A stretch of 64,000 nucleotides of DNA from Octopus bimaculoides (GCF_001194135.2 NC_068982.1:41308717-41372716); one strand, 5' to 3'. Counted from the stretch's first letter, positions 40,991 to 53,657 are shown. Program-made: numbers and translations. Notes: a model not told the origin generated them from the sequence alone.

Positions 40991-41836
40991 ATATATATAG
41001 CGAAGGAGAAAGAAAGAAATGATAAATATTTTCTGAGATTAATACTCCGGAAGGGGCAACATAAATAAATAAAACAGTAAAATAACATGACCCAGTTCAT
41101 TTTGGGAGGTGTGAAGTGAATAAGACCTGCTCCAAATGGAATCTGATCGTTTCACATGTTTATTTATGAGATTCGGATCTTCAAATCGAATATCTATAAT
41201 CAACAATCGCCAATTTTTCAATTTTTTTTATGGTTAGAAGTGAATAGTCGCCGATATAAACAGATTATGGAAAGTCAAAAACAAAGATATATAAAAAAAA
41301 AAACAAAGGCATCGAAGGGTGCATAGGTGATGAACAATATTGCTATTTTTTCCGGAGCAAATAAATAAATTAAATTGAAAAAAAACCTAGTCCACAGTTT
41401 TATCTTGGTGTTCTATACCCAATGTCCATAAAAATAAATATGTATTTTGATCGATGTGTGTATTTATAGCGTCTACGTTTCCCCCTTACTTCATATACAC
41501 GAATTATATATGTATGCGTATGTATACATACATATGTGTATATATATTATATACACATATATATACTACGTACATCAGTAATTACAACAAATCGAAACAT
41601 ATATATAATAAAATTGTCTTTTAATCCGTAAATGATGTAATATAGATAAAAAATGAAATTCTCAAGTACACTTGTACTATATTCATGGATGTATTTGTAT
41701 TATATATGTGTGTGTATTATATATACGTCAGTGTATTTTATATATATATATATATATATGAATGCGCGATTTTTAAAGAATTTTATCAGCATGTATTGAG
41801 TTCTATTTCTCCTGTTTGTCCTACCAAACACAAACA

Positions 41837-41871
<35 letters not shown>

Positions 41872-42681
41872 CACACACAAACATTCGTATGATATTCTGT
41901 AGCCGTGTCTACGAGTTATTTATTGTCTGTGTGTGCATGCACATTTGTCTAGAAGCTACGTACACAAATGTTGACGTAACGGCCCAATATACGGATTGCA
42001 ACTCAGTTACTAAATCTATCGTACTAAATGAAAAGTCTTTCTTTGCATTATACTTACTACTATACTGCATATTTTAAAAAAGACCAATACGGATATTGAC
42101 AGATTGACATATATAACAATATAATATAATTCGAGATCGACGGAATCGGCAGTTTACCATAAATCGAATAAGTATCATCTATAATTGATTTTTCCATTGG
42201 TAAATGAACGATGATATTATTTCGAATGTTTTGTTTTCGTCGATCTGTTACAAACGACTTCGCACACATGCAAGTTATATATATATCTGTATATGTATCT
42301 GTGCATTAACTAAAAAAGATTATTTTATTTTATAAAAATTTAACTGGTAGTATTTTAACATCAGTGAGTAAAGACATATCATTCGCAACGGGGGTTGCTT
42401 AATATTTTATTTTAGTAAAGGACATCTCACTGCAACTGTCAAACCTTATTTTATCGTTTTACCCCCACCGATTAATATAATAAAAATCTAAAAAGATGTT
42501 AATAACTCAAAGGAGCTAGAGAAATGAATATACTAGTTAATGACAACAAAAAGATAATTATACAAACATATATATATTCAAACACATTCCATATATATAG
42601 ATATATAGGTTGCAATGTATTTATTGCCTGACTATATAATAAACTAAATCACTTGGGTTAATAATTACTCAGTAAACTAAC

Positions 42682-42877
42682 CTGATCTGGGGAGCATTTT
42701 CGCACCATGATGTACTGACGAATAAACAGTCTCAACTTTATCACGTACGTCTGACGGACCAACGTTTGGACCGTTCAGATCGGTTGTCTGATGGCGATTT
42801 AGATTGCTGTTGTATCCTGATTCTGTGGGTGTTATATTTTCACTGTTGTTGATCTGTGAGGTTCCGTACGCGGCCAT
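42682..42877 (-). CDS. TAPT1: Candidate TAPT1 first coding exon
   Basis: ATG in gttctATGGcc context; 196 nt (65 codons + 1) encoding MAAYGTSQINNSENITPTESGYNS...HHGAKMLPRS; donor CAG|gttagt. Phase 1 matches the phase-1 start of exon 2. It sits in the CpG-retaining region, after a purine-rich putative 5'UTR. The N-terminus is not conserved, so the assignment is inferential. Confidence 0.72.
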
Positions 42878-43943
42878 AGAACGAAATCCACCACTTCATC
42901 CACTCTAGCTGTCTATTTCAGTCATTCTCCCTGCCACTCGTTACTTTATCTAATTTACTAACTCTTACTATACCTCATTTACTCTCACTATACGTTTATA
43001 CATTTCCCTAATTCACATTCTATATCTCTTCCAGTTACTCCACCTCCTTTATTCTTTTACTCACTCAGCATTCCTTCTCTGTACTCTATCTCTCTTCACT
43101 TTTCTATCAGTCAGTCTCTTTCTCCCCCTTCTCTCTCTTCACTTTCATATTTCTCTCTTTCTTCCTCTCTCTATCATTCTCGCTTCTCTTTCTCACTTTT
43201 TACCTGTATTAGCTGTTTTGACTACATCTCAGTAAATACTTATGTAACTTGTTATCAATTAACGAAGCTATGCTACTTAAGTTCGTCATCTCGTTCTCTT
43301 TTCTTCTTTACTTTATCTGGTCACTGTCACTCTGCATCGAAGCTTCAAGACTGTCTTTAGTTTTATACTAGTAATATAATCACGTCTCCAGTACTATTGA
43401 GGGGGAAAGCATGAATTAAACATTCTCATTTTCCTCACCCCTTGAAATATGCAATCTGAAACAATCTTATCAATTGTAATTTATTCTTGTGTTTTAATTT
43501 ATTTGTATTCTCAGATGTTTTTATTATTTCATTTATACAAGGGCTTCCTTGTAAAATCGGTTTATGTTTCATTTTCTCCACGTTCATAAAGGTTTCGATG
43601 AGTTTTTTTTTTTTTTAAATTTTATTTTTCGTTTTGAATCTTTCTCATTTGATTTCTTTTTCCGATTGCAATGTCTCTCAAATACTATTTCTTATAACAA
43701 GAGGTCTTGGACCTGTTACTTTCAACTTTATTTACATGTAAATTTTATTTTGTCCCTGTTAATTTTCCTCTTCATTCTCTGTTGTCTTTCATTTAATATT
43801 ACGTTAGTGGTTTATTTCACATTGTTTTGTTTCATAAGTGCCTATCCTAACTATATCAAACCTGCCTCTTGCTTGCTTTAAGAGACCACAGGAAGCAGAA
43901 TTGAGACTCAGTGGACAACATTTAATTTATCCGCCACAAGATA

Positions 43944-43953
43944 GTGACGTCAC
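43944..43953. promoter_or_regulatory. Perfect palindromic ATF/CREB-type site GTGACGTCAC about 1.07 kb upstream of the TAPT1 ATG
   Basis: Exact TGACGTCA core in unique sequence. Function is untested and it could be chance. Confidence 0.3.
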
Positions 43954-45623
43954 ATTCTCACTAATAATTTGCCAAAATAACGATTTCAGAATTACATCTG
44001 ATATCTCTGCCACCTTTTAAAAACTCCGAAGTACACTGTAGATCTGTGTGTTTTTTCATGCTATTAACTAATTAATTCCATTATAATGAGGAATAAATAA
44101 TTATAAATTTTCTATGTTGGAATATTAATATCATTATACAGTCATTTAAATTCAAAAGTAAAAGTAAAATCGTCTACGAACTTGACTTTATATTTTAATA
44201 TAAACTATATTAAACAGAAATGTAGATTTATTGATTTATTTGTAATCGATTAATGGTTATTATAAACCAGATATTCAAACTATTTCTATGTTTAATTACA
44301 TTCTGACTTTACAAAACTCTTTTGTAAAACTCTCAAGAGTTTATTATTATTATTATTTTTTTTTTGTATGACAAACAATAAGTGTCTTCTGTTGTCATTT
44401 GTGGAATAACTAATATCAAAATGACAAAATAGTCTTGTGGACTAGAAAATATTTTAGATAAATTACAATTTGAACTTCGTAATTTATATTTTCTCTGCAT
44501 TTGGAGTTTAAAGGGATGATAGTCTAATGAGGGATTCCGCCGAGCACGAAAGACCATGCAACTAGCATTATCCATCACCATGTTTAACTCCATTAACTGA
44601 CCCTTGGGTGCCTTTAGCTGAGCCCGCTTTGTAGCAAAGTCTCCCATCTGAGTATAATACCTTCTTCCTAACAGACTGAAAAATGTCGAGCTTGCTTCCT
44701 TTCCTGGCTAAGCCATTAAAAAGACCCCAAGGTTAAGTAATGAAAAAAATGTTACAAATGTGGTCCTTTTTTTCTTTTCATTCATACCGTATCTACATTG
44801 TGACATTGTATTATATAGATGGTAGTAAAGATATTCTCTTTAAAATGGGACATATATGTAAGTGCAGCGGCTAGTTTTCTGACAAAAACTTTGAATCTCA
44901 GTAGCAGGCAGTTTGGAAAAACATACTGTAGCAAGCAGTTTCGCTGAAGATAATCAGATTCATTTATCGACTTCATCTCGCCTGTGTTGCTGGACAAATC
45001 AATAAATCATTTTCAACATTATAAAATCTTAACTGAAACAATATTCTGCCATAAAAAAAATATATATACAGATGCAGAGATAAAAAAAAAGATCGATCAA
45101 TTGTGCGACAAGTTGGAAGTGGATCATATTTTGGAGAACGTGGTATGTGAAGAGTTAGCGTGAAAGTTCAGGATCATGAAGGTCGTATTCTTGTACAACG
45201 CGGCTAGGTGCCAATGTCAGATAGGCACAAGACTTGTGTTGCCGACTGAAAGAGGAAATCTGCGGCAAATATAGGCCTTTCGTGAGATTGGAGGTAACGT
45301 ACATCAGCAGGAGTCCAGTCGGAGTCACGTGCCGGGTTGACGATCAGAAAAGATGAAAGCAAAACCATTTTGATCTTCAGGAATTATAAAATTATCCAGC
45401 GAGACTCTCCAGACAATTCCGTGGTTCAGAAAAAAGACGTGGGAAAACAAACTGAAAGTCTGCAAATTGAGTCTAAATTAAACTAAAAATCACAAAGTAC
45501 GAAATTGCACTTCTTTTTACTAAACTATCGTTGCAGATGCAATCAAGAGCAATATTATTTTTAACGACACTATATCTAAATTATGTCTTAATGATTATTG
45601 AAATGTGACTTAAACATAACCGA

Positions 45624-45785
45624 TTTGAGGAAGCTTTCTGCCGTTTGACCGGAAAATATCATATTTTGAGAACAGATAGATCAACTGTTGTGAGCAAGAA
45701 AGTGCAGGGCGGGATTGCCCAATTGGTTTCTATTAAATATGAGATAACAATTATTCAGTCAGAAACTACCCCTGGAGTCCATTAG
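45624..45785 (+). mobile_element. APE-endonuclease remnant of a CR1/L2/Jockey-group LINE
   Basis: FEEAFCRLTGKYHILRTDRSTVVSKKVQGGIAQLVSIKY matches the Y..xRxDR....GG.A.LV endonuclease motif. Flanks (about 45100-46020) are probably the same decayed element. Confidence 0.6.
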
Positions 45786-46789
45786 ATGCATATTTCTATT
45801 ATTTTCCAAATTCTAATTATAAATTCTCATATTTTCCCTTTAAATGAATCAATATTCAGAAATTTTAGATTTTATACTTAGTGAAATATTGGAATGATAT
45901 GAATCAAGATAATCAGGAAGAAGGAGTACAAGATTTTATCAGCAATATTACGCTTATTCGGCACATTAACGGACCGACTCATATTAATTACAACACTAGA
46001 TTTAATTTTCACAAACAGTTAAGTTTCGTTTTATGATCCAGAAAGTGAAACGACTGAAGTCAGCAAAGATTAATTTACCGGAAATTCGACAATTAAACAA
46101 AAGCGAAGTAGTTTTCTTTGAAAAGAAATAAAAGTAATAAAAGTAATCCTAATATAATAAAAAAATGATTGCAGATCCATATTTTGTGAGATGCTTTTGG
46201 TTTATTTTATATTTTTTTAAATAATAAACGAAAATATAAGAATTAGAATACCACCGAAGGCATTTAATTATTAGCCAGCAATACATAGGTTCTAGAAGGT
46301 AATGCATTGGTTAATTACAGTAATCAATTATGAATCATCTCAACGATGTAAGGGAGTTTACTGCAGTTTCAACGCTCGTGCCGTGCCACGGAATTCCTTT
46401 CAGTAAGTTCATTGATTTTAATGATATCATCCACGATTCTCACGAGTAGTTGTATAAAAGATCCAGCCTCTTCTTCTATACGTAAACAATTTCGAAAATA
46501 GGTTTTCAGTTTCAAAATCAAGAAAAAAGCAGCATTTTCCAATCTAATTGCCGAGTTTGGTCAAGTATTCCTAAACATTATTTTAGTTTCATTTTAAGCC
46601 TATTTTGTGTATGATAATTATAAGTGATGTAACATTGACGTATCTTATCATTTTTGACTTTTATGAAAATATTAAATTAACACGAACATTTATTTGCACG
46701 AAAGAAAATTACAGGAGAACTCTCATCTAATTCTTCCAGATCTCTCTTAAAACTGTATTGAAACCATTTGTGGGGAATTTTTTTTTTTT

Positions 46790-48640
46790 ATCACAGCAGC
46801 CGGTCGCACACTACAAGGTCGCAGGACCTACCACAGCAGCATCTCAGTCCCCTAAAGACGTCAGCTCCCACTCTGAGTGCGATGAAGATGCGGAATTCAT
46901 CTAGACTGAGTAGACCTCTAATGTTGACCACAGGCAGGGCATCAATCCAGTCCCCTGAGAATTTTGCATTAGCTGAAAGTAGGTGACACCTTGAAAATTA
47001 ATCAGATTGGTCAAGGAGATAGTTGAAAGTGGCACCTGCACGTAGATTATCCCATGCTCTCTGTTTTCGTCTATCCTCCATTGTAACTGGAACTGACAAA
47101 GTTAGCTCTCTCCAGCGTGATAAAGCTTTATCCATCTCTCAGTTGGAATTAGTCCACGTTGGAGAGGAGAGCATGTTGCCTACTAAAGGGGAGCAAGCGT
47201 GGATGGAGGGAAGAAATAAAGACGAGCACTTGCGCAGACCTAGACCTCCAAACCATTTAACCAAAGCAGTTTGGTCGCGGGGGTCTGGGAAGAGTTTGAC
47301 ATTGACCAAGCATTCGAGTTTCCTGAAGATTAGATCGTCAAAGTATTGGGGGGACGGCAGGAATCTGTAAGAGGGACTAACTATCAGAAAATACAATAGC
47401 TTAGGAATTGACAAGTAATTCCTAAGTATAAAAAACCTTAGTGGGGTTCAATTCAAGGTTTTTAAAAAGTTGTTCGTGGTTAACCAATTTAGACCTAAAG
47501 ATGGACTCAAAAGTTAGGAGAAATTGGAGGGCACCACGCTGATGAAGGAGGAATCGCGATTGAGGAGAGGGAGTCAGCAGATAGTTTAGTAGTCTGCTCA
47601 TGCGAAGTTGGGTGGTTGAGGAACCAGAGCTCGCATTTAGTCGGCTAAAACTTCCATGAGGTCAGGCATACTTTTGCTGTGAGCCGTCGAAGAGTACAAC
47701 CAACTGCTATGGGGCGGAGGTCACCGTTGGGCTTGGTGAGACCAAATAGTTTGGCCCCAAAGAACAGGGGACGAATGTAGGCAAGGATACTCTCGGACGA
47801 GAACAAGTTTATAAACTGTGTTAGGTTCTCCAAGAGTTCGAACCCAGATCACCAGCTGACAGGGAGATACCATCCTTGAGATGCTGAGGTCGTAAGCCAT
47901 CGATCCCAGCTGGAAAAGAGTCAATTGCCCTTCTGATATTGTCAGGAGTGAAGATGGGTTGTAGAAATCTTGGTGGATCGGACCAGTGTAGGTAATCATC
48001 TGGAGGGGCCGGAGGATGTTTCTCCTTCAGTTGGACGAGGGAGGACAGAGAGAAAAGAAGGCGAACAGCCCCTTTACTGTCAAATTCGCTGAATTTAGCA
48101 TTAACAGCCTTCTTTAAGTTAGGTGGTCGAACATTGTTCGGGGTTGAGCTGATGATCGACCTGAGATGAACGGTGGTTAGGATAGATTCGAACAGCTCGA
48201 ACTGCCATTTTAGGGAAGAAGTGAAGGATCCACTATTCCCATTCGTTACGTGGAGGGAGACCAAAGGGAACAATTTCTGCCAATCCGTGTTGTTGTTGGA
48301 TAAGCAGACATTTTTCAGCAGTTTCGAGAGAACACGGGTTAGGCAAGTTCGAGCACTCTTAGAGATCCGACCGACGAGCTTCAGCTTGGACAAACCCTGG
48401 AGGGCGGCGCCAAAATCTTCAACAGGGATCTGGACTTCAGAGCAAAGTTGTCCTACTAAGGATGTCAGAGCTGAAGTGACATCAGTTGCATGTCCAAATA
48501 GAAAAACTTTCGACTTGAACCTTAGTAAGGCCGACGCAGCTCCTGTGGTAGCTTCGACTACACAACTGACATTTGATGGTCTTCAAATAACGACTTGTAC
48601 GGGTGCAGAGAATACAACTTGAAGGTGAGCTAGCATTTCT
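46790..48640 (-). mobile_element. CRE-clade (R2-group, REL-type) non-LTR retrotransposon relic with N-terminal PHD finger and deleted RT core
   Basis: Motifs in order: C4HC3 PHD (48616-48479); RISKSAR...DWQKL; KGAVRLL; LKEKHPPAP; AGIDGLRPQHLKD; LRPIAVGCTLRRLTAK; TKCEL; LRNYLSIPKLLYFL; GGLGLR; SGDWIDALP...FRIFIALRVGA...CCCG. These match animal CRE-type ORFs. Frameshifts and stops are present. Confidence 0.85.
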
Positions 48641-49265
48641 ACGAATTTATACAAAAATTTTTAATTCTTATAAATTAGTTCGCGTTAACTGGCCTTAATC
48701 TTTTTATTCTTGCATTTGTGTAGGAAACGAGAGGAACTTTTTAATCATATTCTTTCTGATTTTATAATTAACAATGCACCACTCTTCTCTCTTTTTTTTT
48801 TCTTTTCTTAAACCATTTCAAATTTCAAATAATCAAGAGACTGCAAAAATTTCATTCAATACATATATATTTTTTAAATCTCTGGAAAAACAATTTGAAA
48901 TGACTTTTACATGCTAAGAGTTGCAAGAAATTTAAGAAGGCAGTACATTTATAGTTCTGAAAATGAAATAAAACATTGAGCTTTTCTGAAATTTGTAAAT
49001 TTTAGAAAATCTATTGCTTGCTTTAATTGACGATAATCATATTCTTAATTTTAATAAACAGCAATCAACATAACAGGATCTACGTAAACTTTTATTTCTT
49101 TAAGCCATTCATTTCTGGTGAGCCTTTATACCTGGCACATATAAAGGTTATTTAACTTCTCTTCCGTATTGCAAAAAGCCCTGTCTTCATTATTCATTTT
49201 ACTTCTATATCACAATATTTCAAGCAAACTACAACGCTCTTCTTTGATAAGACTATTTTGTTTAA

Positions 49266-49770
49266 GGTAATCTTCAAGTTTACAGAGGTAAAAAAGTAAA
49301 TAAAAATATACAAGGGAAATAACTTAATGTCTTACTGGTATTATCCGTACTACTCTGAAAAGGTTTTTTTTTTTAAGCTGTTTATAAATAAATCACACAC
49401 TTTTTTTTTTTAAACAAGTTTGCATGGTGCTAAACAATCCTCGCAGGTAAACTTATTCCTAATAAGCCGACGGCGCGCACACCATTCCAACATTTTGTCT
49501 TGAACTGCTGCATAATTCATTAATATTCCAATATTCTTGTAAAATTAATTGACGAGTGAGGATTTCATTTTGAGGAACAATAAGTTGTTGTGCAGCCGGT
49601 CTTCCACGAGGCATTTTCGATCTCTCAGCCGGTACTATGATATTCAATTACGTGTGTGATTTATATATAAACAGTTAACTTCACTCACGGATAATACTAG
49701 TGAGACGTTAAATTATTTCCCTTGTATATTTTTATTTACTTTTTTTACCTCCCTAAACTTGAAGATTACC
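49266..49770. mobile_element. Mutator (MULE)-type MITE, 505 bp, TIRs of about 83 bp, 9-bp TSD
   Basis: TIRs 49266-49348 and 49687-49770 both begin GGTAATCTTCAAGTTTA and are highly similar. An exact direct repeat TTTGTTTAA lies at 49257-49265 and 49771-49779. Confidence 0.85.
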
Positions 49771-50879
49771 TTTGTTTAATATGTTTCTTCAGCTTTCGCT
49801 AAAAACATACAATAAAAAATTAATTTCCATCATTAGAACTCAACTACTCTGTGATCATATAAAAGCTTTCCTCTAAATCAGTGTTTCACAAAGTGGGAGG
49901 TACCACCGAACGACCTCTAGAGGTGGTGGAAAGTTTTATATAGGTTGTACGGACCAAAGGGAGCTGTTTATAAGGGTACGATCGATGCATCTGTGTGTGT
50001 GTGTGTGTATATTAAAATCTATTTGTCTTGTTTAAATAATAGGAAAAAATTAATAAATGTAATATGGTGAACTGCTTCGTAGTCACTGTTGCAACACATC
50101 AAACACAATTCGGAATATAAAGATAAATTTCAACTGGTATCTCTAACAAAGACGTGTTTGGGCTTTACAGGAGCCATGAGAAAAGGGTTGGGTCAATAAC
50201 TAAAGTCACGCAATGATGCGTTAAATATTCGCTTATATTAGGGCGGTGTTGCGGCAAGTAGTCGCCTGCATCAAGATTGTACTCGGAACTAAATTAGTCA
50301 ATCCTTATATTACGTATATGTATATTAAAAGAAAAGCGGCAAGCTGGCATTATCGTTAGCACATTGGATAAAATGTTTAGCGGCAATTAACCGGCCCTTT
50401 ACATTCTGAGTTCAAATCCTACCGAGGTCAACTTTGTCATCCCTTCGAGGTCGATAAAATAAAGTACCAGTCAAGCACTGGAGTCGATGTAAGAGTCTTC
50501 TCTTCTCAAAGTTGCTGGCTTCGAACCCTGCAACGAACTAGTGTCCCGTTCAAAGCGAATGTTATGATCTCGATCTCGCCATAGAAACCAAGTAACCGAC
50601 CTTATGAGTGTTAGGGCTCAAGAAATAATAAAAATAATAAAAGGAACATTGGCAGAAAACAAATGGTGAAAGTTGAAAGAAATTTGAGAAATATCAACTT
50701 TTGGTGTCGATGGCTTTCTACACAAACAATTTAGCTTCTGATGTAAAACATAAAAATAAAAATATATATCGATTAATTTATGGACAGCGTATAGAACGAA
50801 ATATTTCGTTGAATAATTTATACAAACGAAAAACAAAAACAAAAAAAGGAGAAAGAAAAACAAAAAAAACACATCAATG

Positions 50880-51352
50880 CAGCACCAAGTGCTTTATTTA
50901 GTCCCACATCCGAAGGTTCAACAGAACCTAATGAAACAAGCCAACACGCTCGTGGCATTACTATGGGTGATGGCTAGGCTAAGGTGTTGGAAAAGCCAAG
51001 CATCCTTACGGGCATCACCTGACACCTCAGTAAGGCGAGCCGCCAACAATGGCAAGAACATCGTCGTTAGCGGCCCAGCCCCTCAAAACGCCACAGACTA
51101 GATTGGAAGAGATAGTTCATAGCCAGATCCCGATACTTCAGGGTTTTGTTCCGTTCAGCTACGGAAGCAGTGACTCTCCTATTAACCGTCTGGGCAAAGC
51201 AGCCTGGTTGCGGGACTCTGGAAAGAGTCTAACACTGACCAAGCAAGTATTCGAGTTTCCTGAAAATTAGGTCGTCAAAACATTGGAGAGACAACGATAA
51301 TCTATGAGGGACTAACTCTGAGAAAATAAAACTTAGGAATCGACATTCCTGG
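50880..51352 (-). mobile_element. Second CRE-clade fragment including the C-terminal end
   Basis: About 51205-51352 aligns by eye with about 47270-47422. The distal part reads ASVAERNKTLKYRDLAMNYLF and ARLTEVSGDARKDAWLFQHLSLAITHSNATSVL, like the REL-domain C-terminus of CRE elements. Confidence 0.75.
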
Positions 51353-51586
51353 AATCTTTAATTGGAGAAATCATTATTTTAAATCAGTGGAGCTGTGTAA
51401 TCAGGCCTTCAGTTGAGCGGCGACCAAAATTCTGACGCCTCAGTAAGTAAATGGAAAAATGAATTTAACAGTTTTCGTGTTTTTAAATGACTAAAATGGT
51501 TTTTCCGTGATGTCATTGCTTTACCTACAATTCACTGTCTCAACTTAAGCTATTTGCTCGCCGAGTACAACTCCAATATTTCACAT

Positions 51587-51815
51587 TACTCTTTACTCTT
51601 TCATTTGTTTCAGTCATTTGACTGCGGCCATGCTGGAGCACCGTCTTTAGTCGAGCAAATCGACCCCAGGACTTATTCTTTGGAAACCTAGTACTTATTC
51701 TATCGGGTGTCTTTTGCCGAACCGCTAAGTTACGGGGACGTAAACACACTACCATCGGTTGTCAAGCGATGCTGGGGGGACAAACACAGACACACAAACA
51801 TACACACACACTTTA
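51587..51815 (-). mobile_element. SINE family A1 3' half, CpGs intact
   Basis: Near-consensus tail half ending at the internal (CA) tract. Confidence 0.85.
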
Positions 51816-53657
51816 ACACATACTTTTTTTCTTTTTAATGAATTTATCAACAGTAGCGAGATCCGTGAATATAAATCTATTAGGTTATTTCTGAAAAAGA
51901 AATCCAACAAAATCGGACCAGAAGTGTGTATGGATGGGGGTGGCTTAATAAATTTTCTAAAAATTTTTTACCATAAAAAGCTCTCCCTCGTCATTTGTAA
52001 GGGTATGGAGAGAAAAAAAATTTGATCCCCATCAAAACAGAAAAAATCCAACTCATGTGGGTGGGTGTGTTATTCCGAAAAAGTCCGCTAAGGTTATTCT
52101 ATTGCGAAATTTGCCCGGTGACGACGGGATACTCAGCTAGTGCATGTGTGTGTGTGCGTGTGTGTATAAACAAGTAGAAGTGTGTATATTTATATATATA
52201 AACAAGTATAAACATGCATATAATATGTATGCATGTACATTTTTCCTTCCGTTGTAAAAAAAAAAAACGCATGGGCGCATGGATTTCGACTGAGGTTTTC
52301 AACAATGAAAAGTGATCTATTTGATATTGGATTTGCGGAAAACACTAAAAACTGAGGTTAATGTTATTAATAATTATATTCGCAGTTTAGGGTTTTTCCG
52401 AATTTATCGAAACCAGCACTATTAGTCACAGGAATGATCGAATAGCAATTTTGACCCAATTCAATTAAATCAACTACCAGTCAGTTAGGTTACTAAGCCG
52501 GTTATTATGCATTGTTGCAAGCAAATTTCACTACATTTCAAACTGCACTCTCCCCAAAACTACTTGCACTACAATGAATCAACAACAAGTGATCCTTAAA
52601 CAATATATTGAAAAAAGTATTTTAAGGTGCGGCAAAGAATTAAGATATACAATTTAAGGCTTTAGGAAATCGATGCTAATGGTTCGGTATCTTGAAAAAC
52701 GAGTTGTCCCTAATGTTGTTACATACATCAACTATGCTTAATAGAACAAGACAAACAATAATTTTCCTATGTTCTTTTTTTCTGAATTATGACTCTATCT
52801 TTTATTTGTTTGTCATAGAACTACGGCCATGTTGGAGCATAGCTTTGAAGGGTTTAGCCGAACAAATCGACCCTAGTACTTCTTTTTTTTTTTAAAGTCT
52901 GGTACTTATTCTCTTGATCTCTTTAAAAAGAGACCAAGAGAATAAGTACCGAATCGATAAAATACGGGGACGTAAACAAACCAACACCGGTGTGTTAAGT
53001 GGTGGTGGGGGACAAACACACATGACAGGCTTCTTTCAATTTCTGTCTACCACATCCACTCACAGGACTTTGGTCAGCCTGGAGCTATAGTAGAAGTTAC
53101 TTGTCCAAGGTACCACGCAGTGGGACTGAACCCGGAACTATGTAGTTGGGAAGAAAATTTCTTGTCACGCCTAAACTTTTTATACAAAGTGCGCCAGTAA
53201 GTTTTAAATTTCTATGTACTAGTGACTTTTTTGTTTGATCTTCAATATGCAACGAATTCAAAAGTATTGAAAACTATTGCTCTAAACCGTCGTTCGACCT
53301 GCTACAGTCTTCCTAAAAGCTAAAATCTTCATAAAAGTATACCCTTCCATCTTGAAAAGAGAAGGAAATATTGGATAAGAGGCATAGCGATAGAAGTGCC
53401 CCCCCCCCACATCCGAATTTGTTTCCTTATGACTTTCTGAGAATGGATTTTTTTTAATGAAATTTTCTACAAATATCTTCAAGATGGTATAGATTACGAT
53501 TATATCGAATATTTGTCGTGAAAAACTTTTTCAGAGTTGGGTAGGTGGAGACGGAGTTTTGAATAATTCTCGTGCTTCGGCTTTGTTTGATCATAACTTT
53601 CAGAAAAGTGGGTATTTATTTAAAGATATTTTCTACAAATACTTTTTTCAGATGCTA

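Larger units (their letters stand above)
7203..42681 (-). other. TAPT1: TAPT1 intron 1 (about 35.5 kb, mostly repeats)
   Basis: GT(tagt) donor at 42681 and AG acceptor at 7203-7204. The split codon G|GT gives Gly and keeps the frame. No other TAPT1-like exon was seen in between. Confidence 0.7.

Noticed and set aside
44333-44647. ORF with MVMDNASC, reminiscent of a Tc1/IS630 DNAxxH catalytic motif
   Set aside because: The motif lacks the His, and no other transposase motifs or TIRs are nearby.
48173-48622. 149-aa plus-strand ORF
   Set aside because: It is the antisense shadow of the CRE/PHD reading frames, and all recognisable motifs are on minus.
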